A stretch of 64,000 nucleotides of DNA. Source: Eledone cirrhosa. Taxonomy: Eukaryota. Below the pieces are notes generated by a model. That model ran no database searches. It saw only the letters and a program-made list of their open reading frames with translations, and had not been told where the DNA came from. The stretch lies in NCBI GenBank assembly GCA_964016885.1, contig OZ024740.1:106516001-106580000 (forward strand), written 5' to 3'. Below are positions 53,841 through 64,000 of the stretch, in pieces. The first letter of the stretch is position 1. Every line of letters begins with the position of its first letter. A program made the position numbers and the translations under genes.

Positions 53841-54470
53841 ATTATTGTTCTGCAACCCCATGCATTGAACCACATAGTTACTAAGACAAAACCTATATAT
53901 TTGCTAACATAGGTATGCATCTGTGTATATATATGTTACTAGATATACTAATTCTTTATAATTATCTCCAAAATTATTTGTCGAGCAAAAATGGCCAAAA
54001 CTGCTGCTATAGTAACAGTACGGCTGCTGTCTTACTAACAAACCACTATCCACTGATTGACCTCGATGTCACGTGATTGATTCTTTTGAATTTGCCACCG
54101 ACGCAGTAGGCAGTGATTTTATCAATGGCTTGGAATTAGTCCTCGCTTTGCTTTTTCCATCCACTGAATTATTTTTGTATAAGTTCCCTGTGTCCACGTA
54201 TTGCCTGGAAACTTAGCTGAGAATAGACTTCCCTGATGACGAAAGGCTTCTCCGTGCTCTCTTCGGATAGTACGTTTAATCCCTTTCAGAAACTAATTAG
54301 TTGGGAGTGAAATTTAAGTAAGTTAATTTTATAATTTTCTTATTTTACGTCTGTCATATTATTGTTCTGCAACCCCATGCATTGAACCACATAGTTACTA
54401 AGACAAAACCTATATATTTGCTAACATAGGTATGCATCTGTGTATATATATGTTACTAGATATACTAATT

Positions 54471-54477
<7 letters not shown>
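53841..54477 (+). mobile_element. Retrozyme-like unit: 517-bp monomer, 120-bp terminal direct repeat, one HHR
   Basis: 53841-53960 repeated at 54358-54477; no ORF; HHR at 54228-54307; (AT)n flanks. Confidence 0.75.
54228..54307 (+). ncRNA. Type-I hammerhead ribozyme with extended helix II
   Basis: CTTCC-CTGATGA-C-GAAAGG...CCTTTC-A-GAAA-CTAATTAG-TT-GGGAG; palindromic helix III. Confidence 0.8.
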
Positions 54478-54532
<55 letters not shown>

Positions 54533-54611
54533 GAAAACAAGCTATCGTTTTAATATATATATATATATTAACACTATTAATAAATGGAAAATATCTTTAT
54601 AGTACCATATT

Positions 54612-54671
54612 TATTTTATTATACGTATTTCAATGAAAAAAATTTTTAGTGTGTTTTCATCAGATAAAATA
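54612..54671 (-). ncRNA. Hammerhead motif with weak helix II
   Basis: TATTTTAT-CTGATGA-...-GAAA-TACGTA-TA-ATAAAATA. Confidence 0.55.
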
Positions 54672-54764
54672 TAATATTTGGTGTTAAGATATTGACATAC
54701 CTTAGCATAGTCTTAATAGTATAAGCTCGCTAACGGCTGTCGTTAGCGAGCTTATACTATTAAG

Positions 54765-55030
54765 TTTACATTTTTATAACGTTTATTTTAACTTTTATTT
54801 TCACTTCATGTTTTATTTTTATCTCTTTTTTCTCGCTAAGTCACCTTCACTCCTTCTCGGAGTTCCTTCCCCCCACCACCCACCACCCCACCACCACCAC
54901 CAATACTCTCCTGATGAAGGCCTTATGCCCGAAATGTTGCAACCACACATCCTCCACTCTCACTAAGCGTGAAACTAATAATATTTGTAACATGTACTCC
55001 TGCGTTGTCTGTTTTTTGTATTCCGAACTA
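54765..55030 (+). mobile_element. PLE 3' terminus related to 12040-12295, with HHR-like motif
   Basis: ctgatgaaggccttatgcccgaaatgttg ... aagcgtgaaactaata is shared with 12176-12245. Confidence 0.65.
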
Positions 55031-55170
55031 TATCTATATATATTATAAAGGGTGAGGATACCGACAACTGAGCTCTTGCCGTTTCAACTGCTAGTTCCAG
55101 CCTGTTGATAAAAGCCGGGATAGCGGTGTGGTATGGGTCGAAGAGTGCTCCACTACTGTAGTAGGAGCTA

Positions 55171-55356
55171 TATAAATCAGGATGAATTTAGTTTGAAACT
55201 GGTTGAACCATTTCTCACCAGAGTACGCGATACTTGGGGTAGTAGAGCATGGTTATATTATATAAACACTTTATAATTTAACCATACTCTACTACCCCAA
55301 GAATTGAGTACTCTGATGAGTAATGGTCTAACTAGTCTCAAACTGAATCCATCTTG

Positions 55357-55363
<7 letters not shown>
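55171..55363. repeat. Imperfect fold-back (~90-bp arms), family of 377-563
   Basis: ccagagtacgcgatacttggggtagtagagcatgg pairs with ccatactctactaccccaagaattgagtactctg. Confidence 0.65.
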
Positions 55364-55407
<44 letters not shown>

Positions 55408-55799
55408 CAGCAGTAGTAGCTGGCCAACTTTTACACTGTGTACAAATGAACATCATCATCAGATATTCATAAGCAAAATAACTATAAGGTTTCAGCTTAT
55501 TTGTCTTGGCAACAAAGGAGTATGTTCCTCCGTAGAAGGTTAATAACCATAATAATAACGGTGCCGTCGGATTCTTTCCTTTTGTTGCTGAGATATATGT
55601 GACATGTTCACAGTTTATTAAAGCATCTCATGCATGATCCCATAACTCCTAGAAACATTAAAAATGCCCTAGAAATATATGGTGTTTCTGTGGTATTCTT
55701 GAACCTGATGGAGTCCATCACCTTTCCAGGTCTGAATATAGAAGATTTCTTCCATAGAAGGATAGAGAGTGAGAGAATGGAAGTGAGAAAGAGATATAG

Positions 55800-55955
55800 C
55801 GGAAAAATCGCCCCAATACTTGACTGGTACGTTTTTATCAGCCTCGATTGAATGAAAGGAACAGTTGACCCCGACTGGATTTGAACTCAGAGAGCAGAGA
55901 GTCAGAAACGAATATACAAAGCATTCTATCCGACGTTCTAATGACTCTGCCATTT
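55800..55955 (-). mobile_element. tRNA-head SINE (diverged)
   Basis: ggatttgaactcag B-box complement and atgaaagg core. Confidence 0.7.
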
Positions 55956-56261
55956 CGACTTATAGCATAACGACATCTCGTATATGCTTCCATATATATG
56001 GAAGCATATACAACCCTCTTACACATAAATATATATGTGCGTGGGTGGCTTGTTTTATAGGTTTGTGTGATAAACACACAAAACTTACAGTAAATTAAGT
56101 TCTCATATACAGTAAATAGAATCAATATAGCGTTTGTTATTAATGTCGATTGCTTACTTTGAAGTTTCGCCGACGTTATTGTTTTATCAAAACAATATTT
56201 TCATACTCCAATAATGTCAGCGAAACTCCAAAGTAAACAGATTCTGTTAATAACGAAAATC

Positions 56262-56353
<92 letters not shown>

Positions 56354-57149
56354 AGTACTACATGTACATGAATGTGTTCGTATAAACGTGTAAGTGTGAG
56401 AGAGTGCGTAGTCGTGTGTCGGCATTTGTATATTTTATCTGTTTATCTATATGCGTGCAAGATAATTTGTATTGGCCTTGTGTTTGTCAGTATTATTAGT
56501 CTTTATGTTAATGTACTGGGTAATTGCTGGCCTTGTGCCTAAAGTAGAAACAATTATTAGTCTTTATGTTCTTCGATAAAAGTGGTGTGTGTATGTGCGT
56601 ATGTGTGTGTGTGTATGTGCGTGTGTGTGTGCATGTGTGTGTGTGTGCATGTGTGTGCGTGTGGGTGTGTGCATGTGTGTTTATGCGTGTTGACGTTCGT
56701 ATTGGTAATTTAGTTTGAAAATATCACGTCTTTGCCATTCTGACTTTCAATAATTCCAAACGCCAAACGTTCTGACAAAGACTGATGCCTCCACTGTTTT
56801 CTTCAGAAAATGTACTTTTATGTTGTTTTCAATTTTCGTTGCATTAGATTTCTTAGCTTACTGTCAATTTATAATCATAGATTCGTTAGGATAATGTTTG
56901 GGATAGAGCAACAAACACACACACACGCACAGGTACATACATATATGCACGCATACACATACACACGCACGCACGCATAAATATGTGTGTGTACGTTTGT
57001 GTATGTGTATAGGTGTCAAGAGTTTCCGTATACTAGATATGGGAAAAAGTGCACTCCATGTAATGTACAGAGCCAAAGTATTTTATTATAAATAAATCCT
57101 CAACACAGATGAATGTTACCTAAACATGGATCGAATCTAAAATGCCTCT

Positions 57150-57275
57150 GCTTCTCTGATTTGCTGAACTCGTCCTCAGGCTCAACTACTTTTCCTTTTC
57201 CAATGAAGTTTTACCAGTAATATATTAGATTGTACTCTCAAAAACAATGGGTCCTACCTACGCTAATCTGTTAAG
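57150..57275 (+). pseudogene. Small Neptune-type RT relic
   Basis: AELVLRLNYFSFSN and TMGPTYANL readable. Confidence 0.55.
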
Positions 57276-57460
57276 CCTACCTATATTCAAAAGACTCCAG
57301 CAATGACCACTTCTTCGAATTTATTAATAGACAATTGATTTCTCTTTTATAATATTAGTAAAATCATTAGAATGTCAGGTTAAATGTCTGTATATGTTCA
57401 GACTCTCTGTTCATATACAACTACTGTTAACTTTGGGTCAAAGTCATTGTCTTCTTCTTC

Positions 57461-60047
57461 TTATTATTATTATTATTATTATTGTTATTACTCTTTGAGT
57501 CTCAGTCATTGATGTTAGTTAACTGGAAAGTTTGTTGAGATGAATATCAAGCCACTACCTGCAGCCTCAGATATTCAGGACGTATCGGAGGGTTCTTGCT
57601 GTTCCCAGCAAGCATGCCTTTTGAAGTGTTCCAAAAAGCGTGAAGGGACCAATTTTCTTTAACCATCCCTGGAAACTTTTTGAGATAGTCCCTAGTGCGC
57701 CTATGACAATCAGGATCACTTTGACTTCATGGCAGTTCCAAATCCTTTTTACCTCCCACTTTAAGTCCTGGTATCGGTTAATTTTATCCCTCTCCTTCTC
57801 TTGCACTCTCGTGTCGAATGGGCAGGCCACATCCACAATCAGGCACGATCTTTTTTCTTTGTCCAAAACCACAAGGTCAGGTCTATTGTGTTCCAGTTTC
57901 TTGTCCGTCTGTATCCTAAAATCCCACAGCACCTTCACCTGATCGTTTTCTATCACCGCCTCTGGCTTCTGTTCATACCACTTCTCAGAATGTGGTAAAT
58001 TGTTTACTTTGCATAGGTGCCAGTGGATCACCCTGCCCATCACATCATGTCTCCAGTCCTTATAGTGAGTCTGGGCTAGGTGTTTACACTCGGATACAAT
58101 GTGAGCCACAGTCTCCTCTCTCTCTCCACAGATCCTGCACAGTGGGCTAGCCTCTTCCTTGTAAATGTGGTGTTTCAACCACTTCGTTTTGAGGGCCTGC
58201 TCCTGCGCAACCATTAACATTCCTTCTGTAGCCTTTTTAAGGTCTCCTCTTTTCAACCAGTTCCATGTCTGTGGATCTCTAAATTCAGTTTTCTCAAAGA
58301 AGGTACTATGAAGGGATTTTTCCTGAAGGCTGCTCTTTCTCCTTGAAGTTATTTCCTCCGTGGACATCCCCTGGCCTATTGTCCCCTCCTTCAGTACAGT
58401 TCTGAGCATTGGCTCCTTACTATCAGTCACGTATTTGTGTAGGTTGTTTTTCTCCATCTGAACACAGTCCTCTATGCTGATAAGACCTCTTCCACCCTCA
58501 GATCTCCTTAAGTAGAGTCTATCGACATCACTCCTCTTGTGGAACATATTGTAGATAGTCAATAGCTTCCTAGTCTTCCTATCGATTTCTTTTTGTTCAG
58601 CAACATTCCATCTCAGAATTCCCGCACTGTACCTAATAATAGACACAGCTCGGGAATTTACTGCACTTATGGCATTCCTACTGTTCAGATGTGACTTTAA
58701 TACGCTCCTTACTCTCCGAAGGTATTCAGTTCTTATCAATTCCTTCATTTTTTTTATCTTGATGTCATCAGCCTCCAGAACGCCCAAATACTTGTATCCT
58801 TCCTCAGAGTCAATTTCTTTTATCATCTCACCTGTTGGTATCTGGATTCCGTTACTTCTGCTCAACTTACCCCTCCTCATCACAATGACTCCACACTTAC
58901 TAATACCAAATTGCATACATATATCATTGCTGAAAATGCGGACAGTGTCAACAAGCACATCCAACTCCTTCCCACTCTTCCCGAAGAGCTTAAGATCGTC
59001 CATGAAGAGGAGGTGATTGATGGTAAGCCCTTCCCTTTCCCAACCTGTATCCTGCTCTCACTTTTCGCAGTACACTGGTCAGGGGCATCAGGGCAAGGAC
59101 AAACAACAGAGGGGACAGACTATCTCCCTGGAAGATACCTCTCTTGATCTTCACGCTTCCCAAGGATTCTCCAGTTGATGTTAACTCTGTTTCCCAGGAC
59201 TTCATACTTTTGCCCAACAACTGCCTGATGTTATCTGCCACCTTGAAGATCTCCAGGCTTTTGGTGATCCAAGAATGAGGCACCATGTCAAATGCCTTTT
59301 TGTAGTCTATCCATCCCATGGCAAGACCAGTGTGTCTCCTCTTGCAATTCCTCATTACCATCTTATCAATAAGTAACTGGTCCTTTGTACCACGTGACTT
59401 CTTTCGGCATCCTTTCTGTTCGTCCGGTAACAAGTTGTTTGTGTGGAGGTGATGGTAGATTTCCTCAGACATAATGCCTGTCAACAGTTTCCACATTACG
59501 GACAGACATGTGATAGGTCTATAGTTGGTAACATCATTACCCTTGATTCGGTCTTTCATTATCAGAACTGTGGTACCTTTTGTCAACCACTCTGGTACCT
59601 CACCTGACATCAAGCAGTCATTGAACATGGTTGTCAGTTTCGGGTGGAGGGATGTTAAATGTTTAATCCAATACCCCTGCACACCATCTGGGCCTGGTGA
59701 TTTCCAGTTGGTTAGTTTTTTGGCCTGCCCCTTAAGAGTTTCAACTGTGATACTCAAATCAGTTTGTTGGCGTGCCTGTTCACTGATCTCCTTCTGTACT
59801 CTCTCAATCCACACTGCCTGGTCATTATGTTTAACATCCTGCTCCCATATTCCTCTCCAGAATGTTTTAGTTTGTTCCGCCTCAGGGATCAAATCGTTGC
59901 CTCTTTCTTTCCCTTCAAGCTGTCCAAACAGCATCTTCTGGTTGTTGTCGAACATGCGGTTCTGTCTATACTGACTGACTCTGTTCTCGTATCGCCTGAT
60001 TTTTGCACTCTTTGCTACAATGCGTTGCTTCAGTTCCTCTATGATAA

Positions 60048-60101
<54 letters not shown>

Positions 60102-60120
60102 CACTTATCTCTGGCAGGGT
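57461..60120 (-). pseudogene. R4/Dong-clade LINE, 5'-truncated, associated with (TAA)n
   Basis: NWKSPGPDG, NYRPITCL, WIDYKKAFDMVPH, RGIFQGDSLS, MDDLKLF, CRIC..HIVSEC, RHD, RPDL..DVACP..KINRY; one frameshift near 59020; TAA tracts at 57461-57490 and 60043-60100. Confidence 0.93.
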
Positions 60121-60327
60121 CGTGGGAGCAGAGTTCTCAAGTATTCCTTCCAGAAAGTCCTGTCAGAAACAACTGTCTAAAATTGAGCCAGCTAGATCCC
60201 CAAGCAAGACCAGCCGAGTTCATGGATGTTATCCAACAAACTTGCTCGTGGTCCACCAATTCATCTTATCCGAAATTATGAAATTTGAGAAGGATTTTAC
60301 CTTCTCCGTTATAGTTATATGTTACTA

Positions 60328-61325
60328 CTAGCAGCAGTACCCAGCGTTGCCTGGGTAGGTAAAATAATATCTGCTTTGATGAAAAGGTGTTGATCTTAGC
60401 GACTGCTTCTCGATGACTCATCTATGGCCACACACAGGCCATGCGGGGGAGGGTGGTGATGACCTCTATCACTGAGAAACGCGGGTGACTGACGAAGGGG
60501 CATGCTGGAGGAGGGAGGTAATGACCTCTAACACTAAGCCAAATTTCCTCACGCTACTTGATTGGAAACCGATGAATTCTCAAATACACAACTAAAAGCT
60601 CAGACGACGTCAGTGGCCATCGTTTTGCCTTTGACCATCTATAAGATGTGCAATGATAGGTTCTATCGTAGTATAAAAGTTGAACCAAATAAATTGATTT
60701 ATGTGTGAGGTGGAGCCGAAGTTTCGAATTTGAACGACATCGGTTGAAAAATGTGGGAGCTAGAGCCGAAAAGGCTGAAATTTGAGCGAAAAGGTGGTAT
60801 TTTCGAATATTTAAGCGGCTGCCACGCCGTTCCTGAACAAAAACTCCAAAATCTAAAGCCACTTTAAGACGTGAAATAATCAGATCTAGCTTAGTGTAAA
60901 ATTTGAACAAAGTAGGTTGATTAATGTGGGAGCTAGAGCCGAAAAAGTAGAAATTTGAGTCTAAAAGTGGTATTTTTGAATATTTAAGCGGCTGCTGCGC
61001 CGTGCCTGAACATCAAAAGCAAAATATAAAGCCATTACAGAATGTGCAATGATAAATTCTATTTTGCTTTAAAATTTGAACGAAATCGGTGGCAAAATGT
61101 GGGAGCTAGAGCCAAAAAGCTTATTTTTCGATACCTAAAAGAAGGTGACCCCCTATCGATTTTTATCTGCAGAATGACCCCGGAATAAAAAAAAACGATA
61201 CGCTGATATATAGAAAAAACTCCCCGATGACTAATCTATGAGCCTGTAAAGTTTCAAGAAAATCGGTCGTAAGATGTAGCCCCCTATAGGTAATACACAG
61301 ACACACACATATACTTAATTTTATA
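60328..61325 (-). mobile_element. Non-autonomous Helitron-like element with internal subrepeats
   Basis: Minus-strand 3' hairpin tacccaggcaacgctgggta then CTAG-T; aatgtgggagctagagcc repeated three times at ~175-bp spacing. Confidence 0.65.
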
Positions 61326-61674
61326 TATATATACATATATATTTCAATTATCATAGAGCTGTTTCCCAATGAGAACACCTCGAAGAAAATAGAGTTAATC
61401 AGTCAATGATGGTAATGTCCCCTGACCAATACAACAAACGCCGTGATGTGATTGCTGGATGAAGTAGCAAGTAGACAATCTGGCTGAATGACGACAAAAC
61501 AACCATAAAAGGATGACGTGAACAGTAATGCACTTTGGTTAGGTATTCACACGCACGTTCCCATTATCTCTCCATGTGTGTGTGTATATATACATCTCTA
61601 GAGAAAGATATATATATATATATTTCTCTAGAGATGTATACACACATATTTATTTATTTATTTATTATATATAA

Positions 61675-61730
<56 letters not shown>

Positions 61731-61833
61731 GTTATTCCGGGTTGAATCGGAGGTAACCACAGTAAGTAAGGTACTCAATACATAGCAGAGTATAAAATGA
61801 TATATATAAAATGATATATATATATATATATAT

Positions 61834-62637
61834 ATATTCATTAGTTAGGCAAAACAAGACCACAAATTTCACAAGGAAGACATTATTAAAAGATTGTCAA
61901 CATATTTAGTTTGATGTAAGGAATGTAGAGAATAATAATAATAATAATATTAATAATAATTGTTTCTACTTTAGGCACAAGGCCAGCAATTACCCAGTGC
62001 ATTACTGGTACTTTTTTTTATCGACCCTGTAAGGATGAAAGGCAAAGTCAACCTCGGCGGGATTTGAACTCAGATCGTAAAGGGACGTAACTATGCTGGA
62101 AAGCATGGCGTCCGACCCTCTACCGATACTGCCAATCCTAATAATAATAATGCCCGTTTACAATTGTTTCGCTACTCCGTATAATATTTCTGGATCAGAT
62201 GACTATGTATCATAATTGATCTGGTTCAGTTGAAAATAATTAACATATCTCACACAATGCAGCCTCGACAGATGAGTACTGCTTGATTATGGCTGACAGT
62301 TGATGAAACAAAGGCACCATAGTAAAAACTAATATATGGAACATTATATTATGTAACATTATTTTAATTTATATTCCTTTTAGTTCCAATGAGCCACTCT
62401 GTTTTTTTAAATATGTTAATTATTTTCAACTGAACCAGATCAATTATGATACATAGTGATCTGATCCAGAAATATAATACGGAGTAGCGAAACAATTGTA
62501 AACGGGCATTATTATTATTAATATTATTATTATTATTATTCTCTACATTCCTTATATCAAACTAAATATGTTGACAATCTTTTAATAATGTCTTCCTTGT
62601 GAAATTTGTGGTCTTGTTTTGCCTAACTAATGAATAT
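61834..62637. mobile_element. Fold-back element interrupted by a SINE
   Basis: 61834-61955 plus 62139-62248 is the reverse complement of 62411-62637. Confidence 0.82.
61956..62138 (-). mobile_element. Young tRNA-head SINE inserted in (TAA)n
   Basis: Near-identical to the reverse complement of 31158-31342. Confidence 0.88.
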
Positions 62638-62840
62638 TTCCAGCTCTGCGCACCTAACCTCGGCATGAACCCAGCCACCTAGCTGCTTTCTACTGCATAT
62701 TGCACATTGCGCACATGTGCAATATGCAGTAGAAAGCAGCTAGGCTTTGGCTTCTAACTAACTCACCAATCTTTCCTCTCATATCTCCTCTACTATCTCA
62801 ATCTCTCTCTTTAAGATTGGTTACTCTTGAACTGTGTGTA

Positions 62841-62980
<140 letters not shown>

Positions 62981-63175
62981 AATATATATATATATATTGG
63001 TAAACGGAATAGAAAATGCTGACAAATTGTTCACAGTGGAAAATAGTTTAATTAGGAATAAGTGATAATTAGTAATAGTATTGGTTAGTATTAAGTTTTA
63101 GTTTTAAGTTTTACCGGTTGCGCATTTCTAATGCTTTTCAAATATAATTTTGAGATAGAGCGTCCGTGATGTTTG

Positions 63176-63229
<54 letters not shown>

Positions 63230-63435
63230 AATTAAATCAAATTGTTTAGAACTACAAGTGAAGTCATTCTTTTCCTTTTATCAAATATATTTATTTATAT
63301 ATATATATTATATGAACGGTATCAATTTTAATGTGCCAAGACCGTAGATATTTGCAGAGGTTGACTGCGGAGATGGACTGTCCGTATTTCTATTGTATTT
63401 TTTTTTTGTATTTTCCTGTGCGCCACATATTTTGA

Positions 63436-63474
<39 letters not shown>

Positions 63475-63597
63475 GGAACGAGTAGGACCCCGACGGCTGA
63501 GCTCCTACACGTTCCTATCACCCACTCTACTACCCTAAGTATTGAGTACTTTGGTGCGTTATGGTCCATGTGGTTCCTTACCACTTTTCCTTCATTA
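63475..63597. mobile_element. Shorter copy of the 377-563 mini element
   Basis: aggaccccgacggctgagct and cccactctactaccctaagtattgagtac are shared. Confidence 0.7.
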
Positions 63598-64000
63598 TAT
63601 ATATATACTGACAGATACACATATGTATATACATAAATAAATATAAATAAATTGTGTATGTGTGTCTGCATGAGTGCGTTTGTTTGTATTTGTAAGAGAG
63701 ATTGTGAGTGTTTACGTGTGTGTGTGTGCGTAAGTGGGTGTATGAGTATATGTGCGTGTGTATGTACGTGTGTGTTTGTTGTGTTACGCATGAGTGTGTG
63801 TATGCGTGTATCCTTATGAATCCATGAGCGTGAGCTTTTCCCGAGCCTTGTTATTTACATCAATAATACTATATTGTCTATGCTAAGACGAGGAAAACGT
63901 TTAAAAACTAACTATATTATTTCTGGGTTCTGTTCGACAAGTTTTAATCAATAAATCACTTTTAATAATTAGGTAAGTGAAATGGCAATGTCAACATAAC

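Overview
Eukaryotic, AT-rich, microsatellite-saturated DNA with no recognisable host gene. It looks like an octopus/cephalopod-type intergenic or intronic region (inference from repeat content only). It is mostly retroelements: Penelope-like elements (PLEs) of at least three types, RTE LINEs, two R4/Dong-type restriction-like-endonuclease LINEs, tRNA-head SINEs, RTE-partner non-autonomous elements, Tc1/mariner MITEs and Helitron ends. The strongest unexplained signal is non-coding. About 17 minimal type-I hammerhead ribozyme (HHR) motifs, intact or degenerate, sit at PLE 3' ends and in small fold-back or direct-repeat elements inserted into (AT)n tracts. Several different families carry a non-canonical UUGAnAA core, which looks like a compensatory C3-G8 to U3-A8 swap. 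Also present: a 517-bp retrozyme-like unit, an HHR-like motif near the 5' end of an R4 LINE, HDV-like ribozyme candidates in RTE-partner elements, and RTE proteins ending in three C2H2 fingers. All folds and clade calls were made by eye, and boundaries are approximate.
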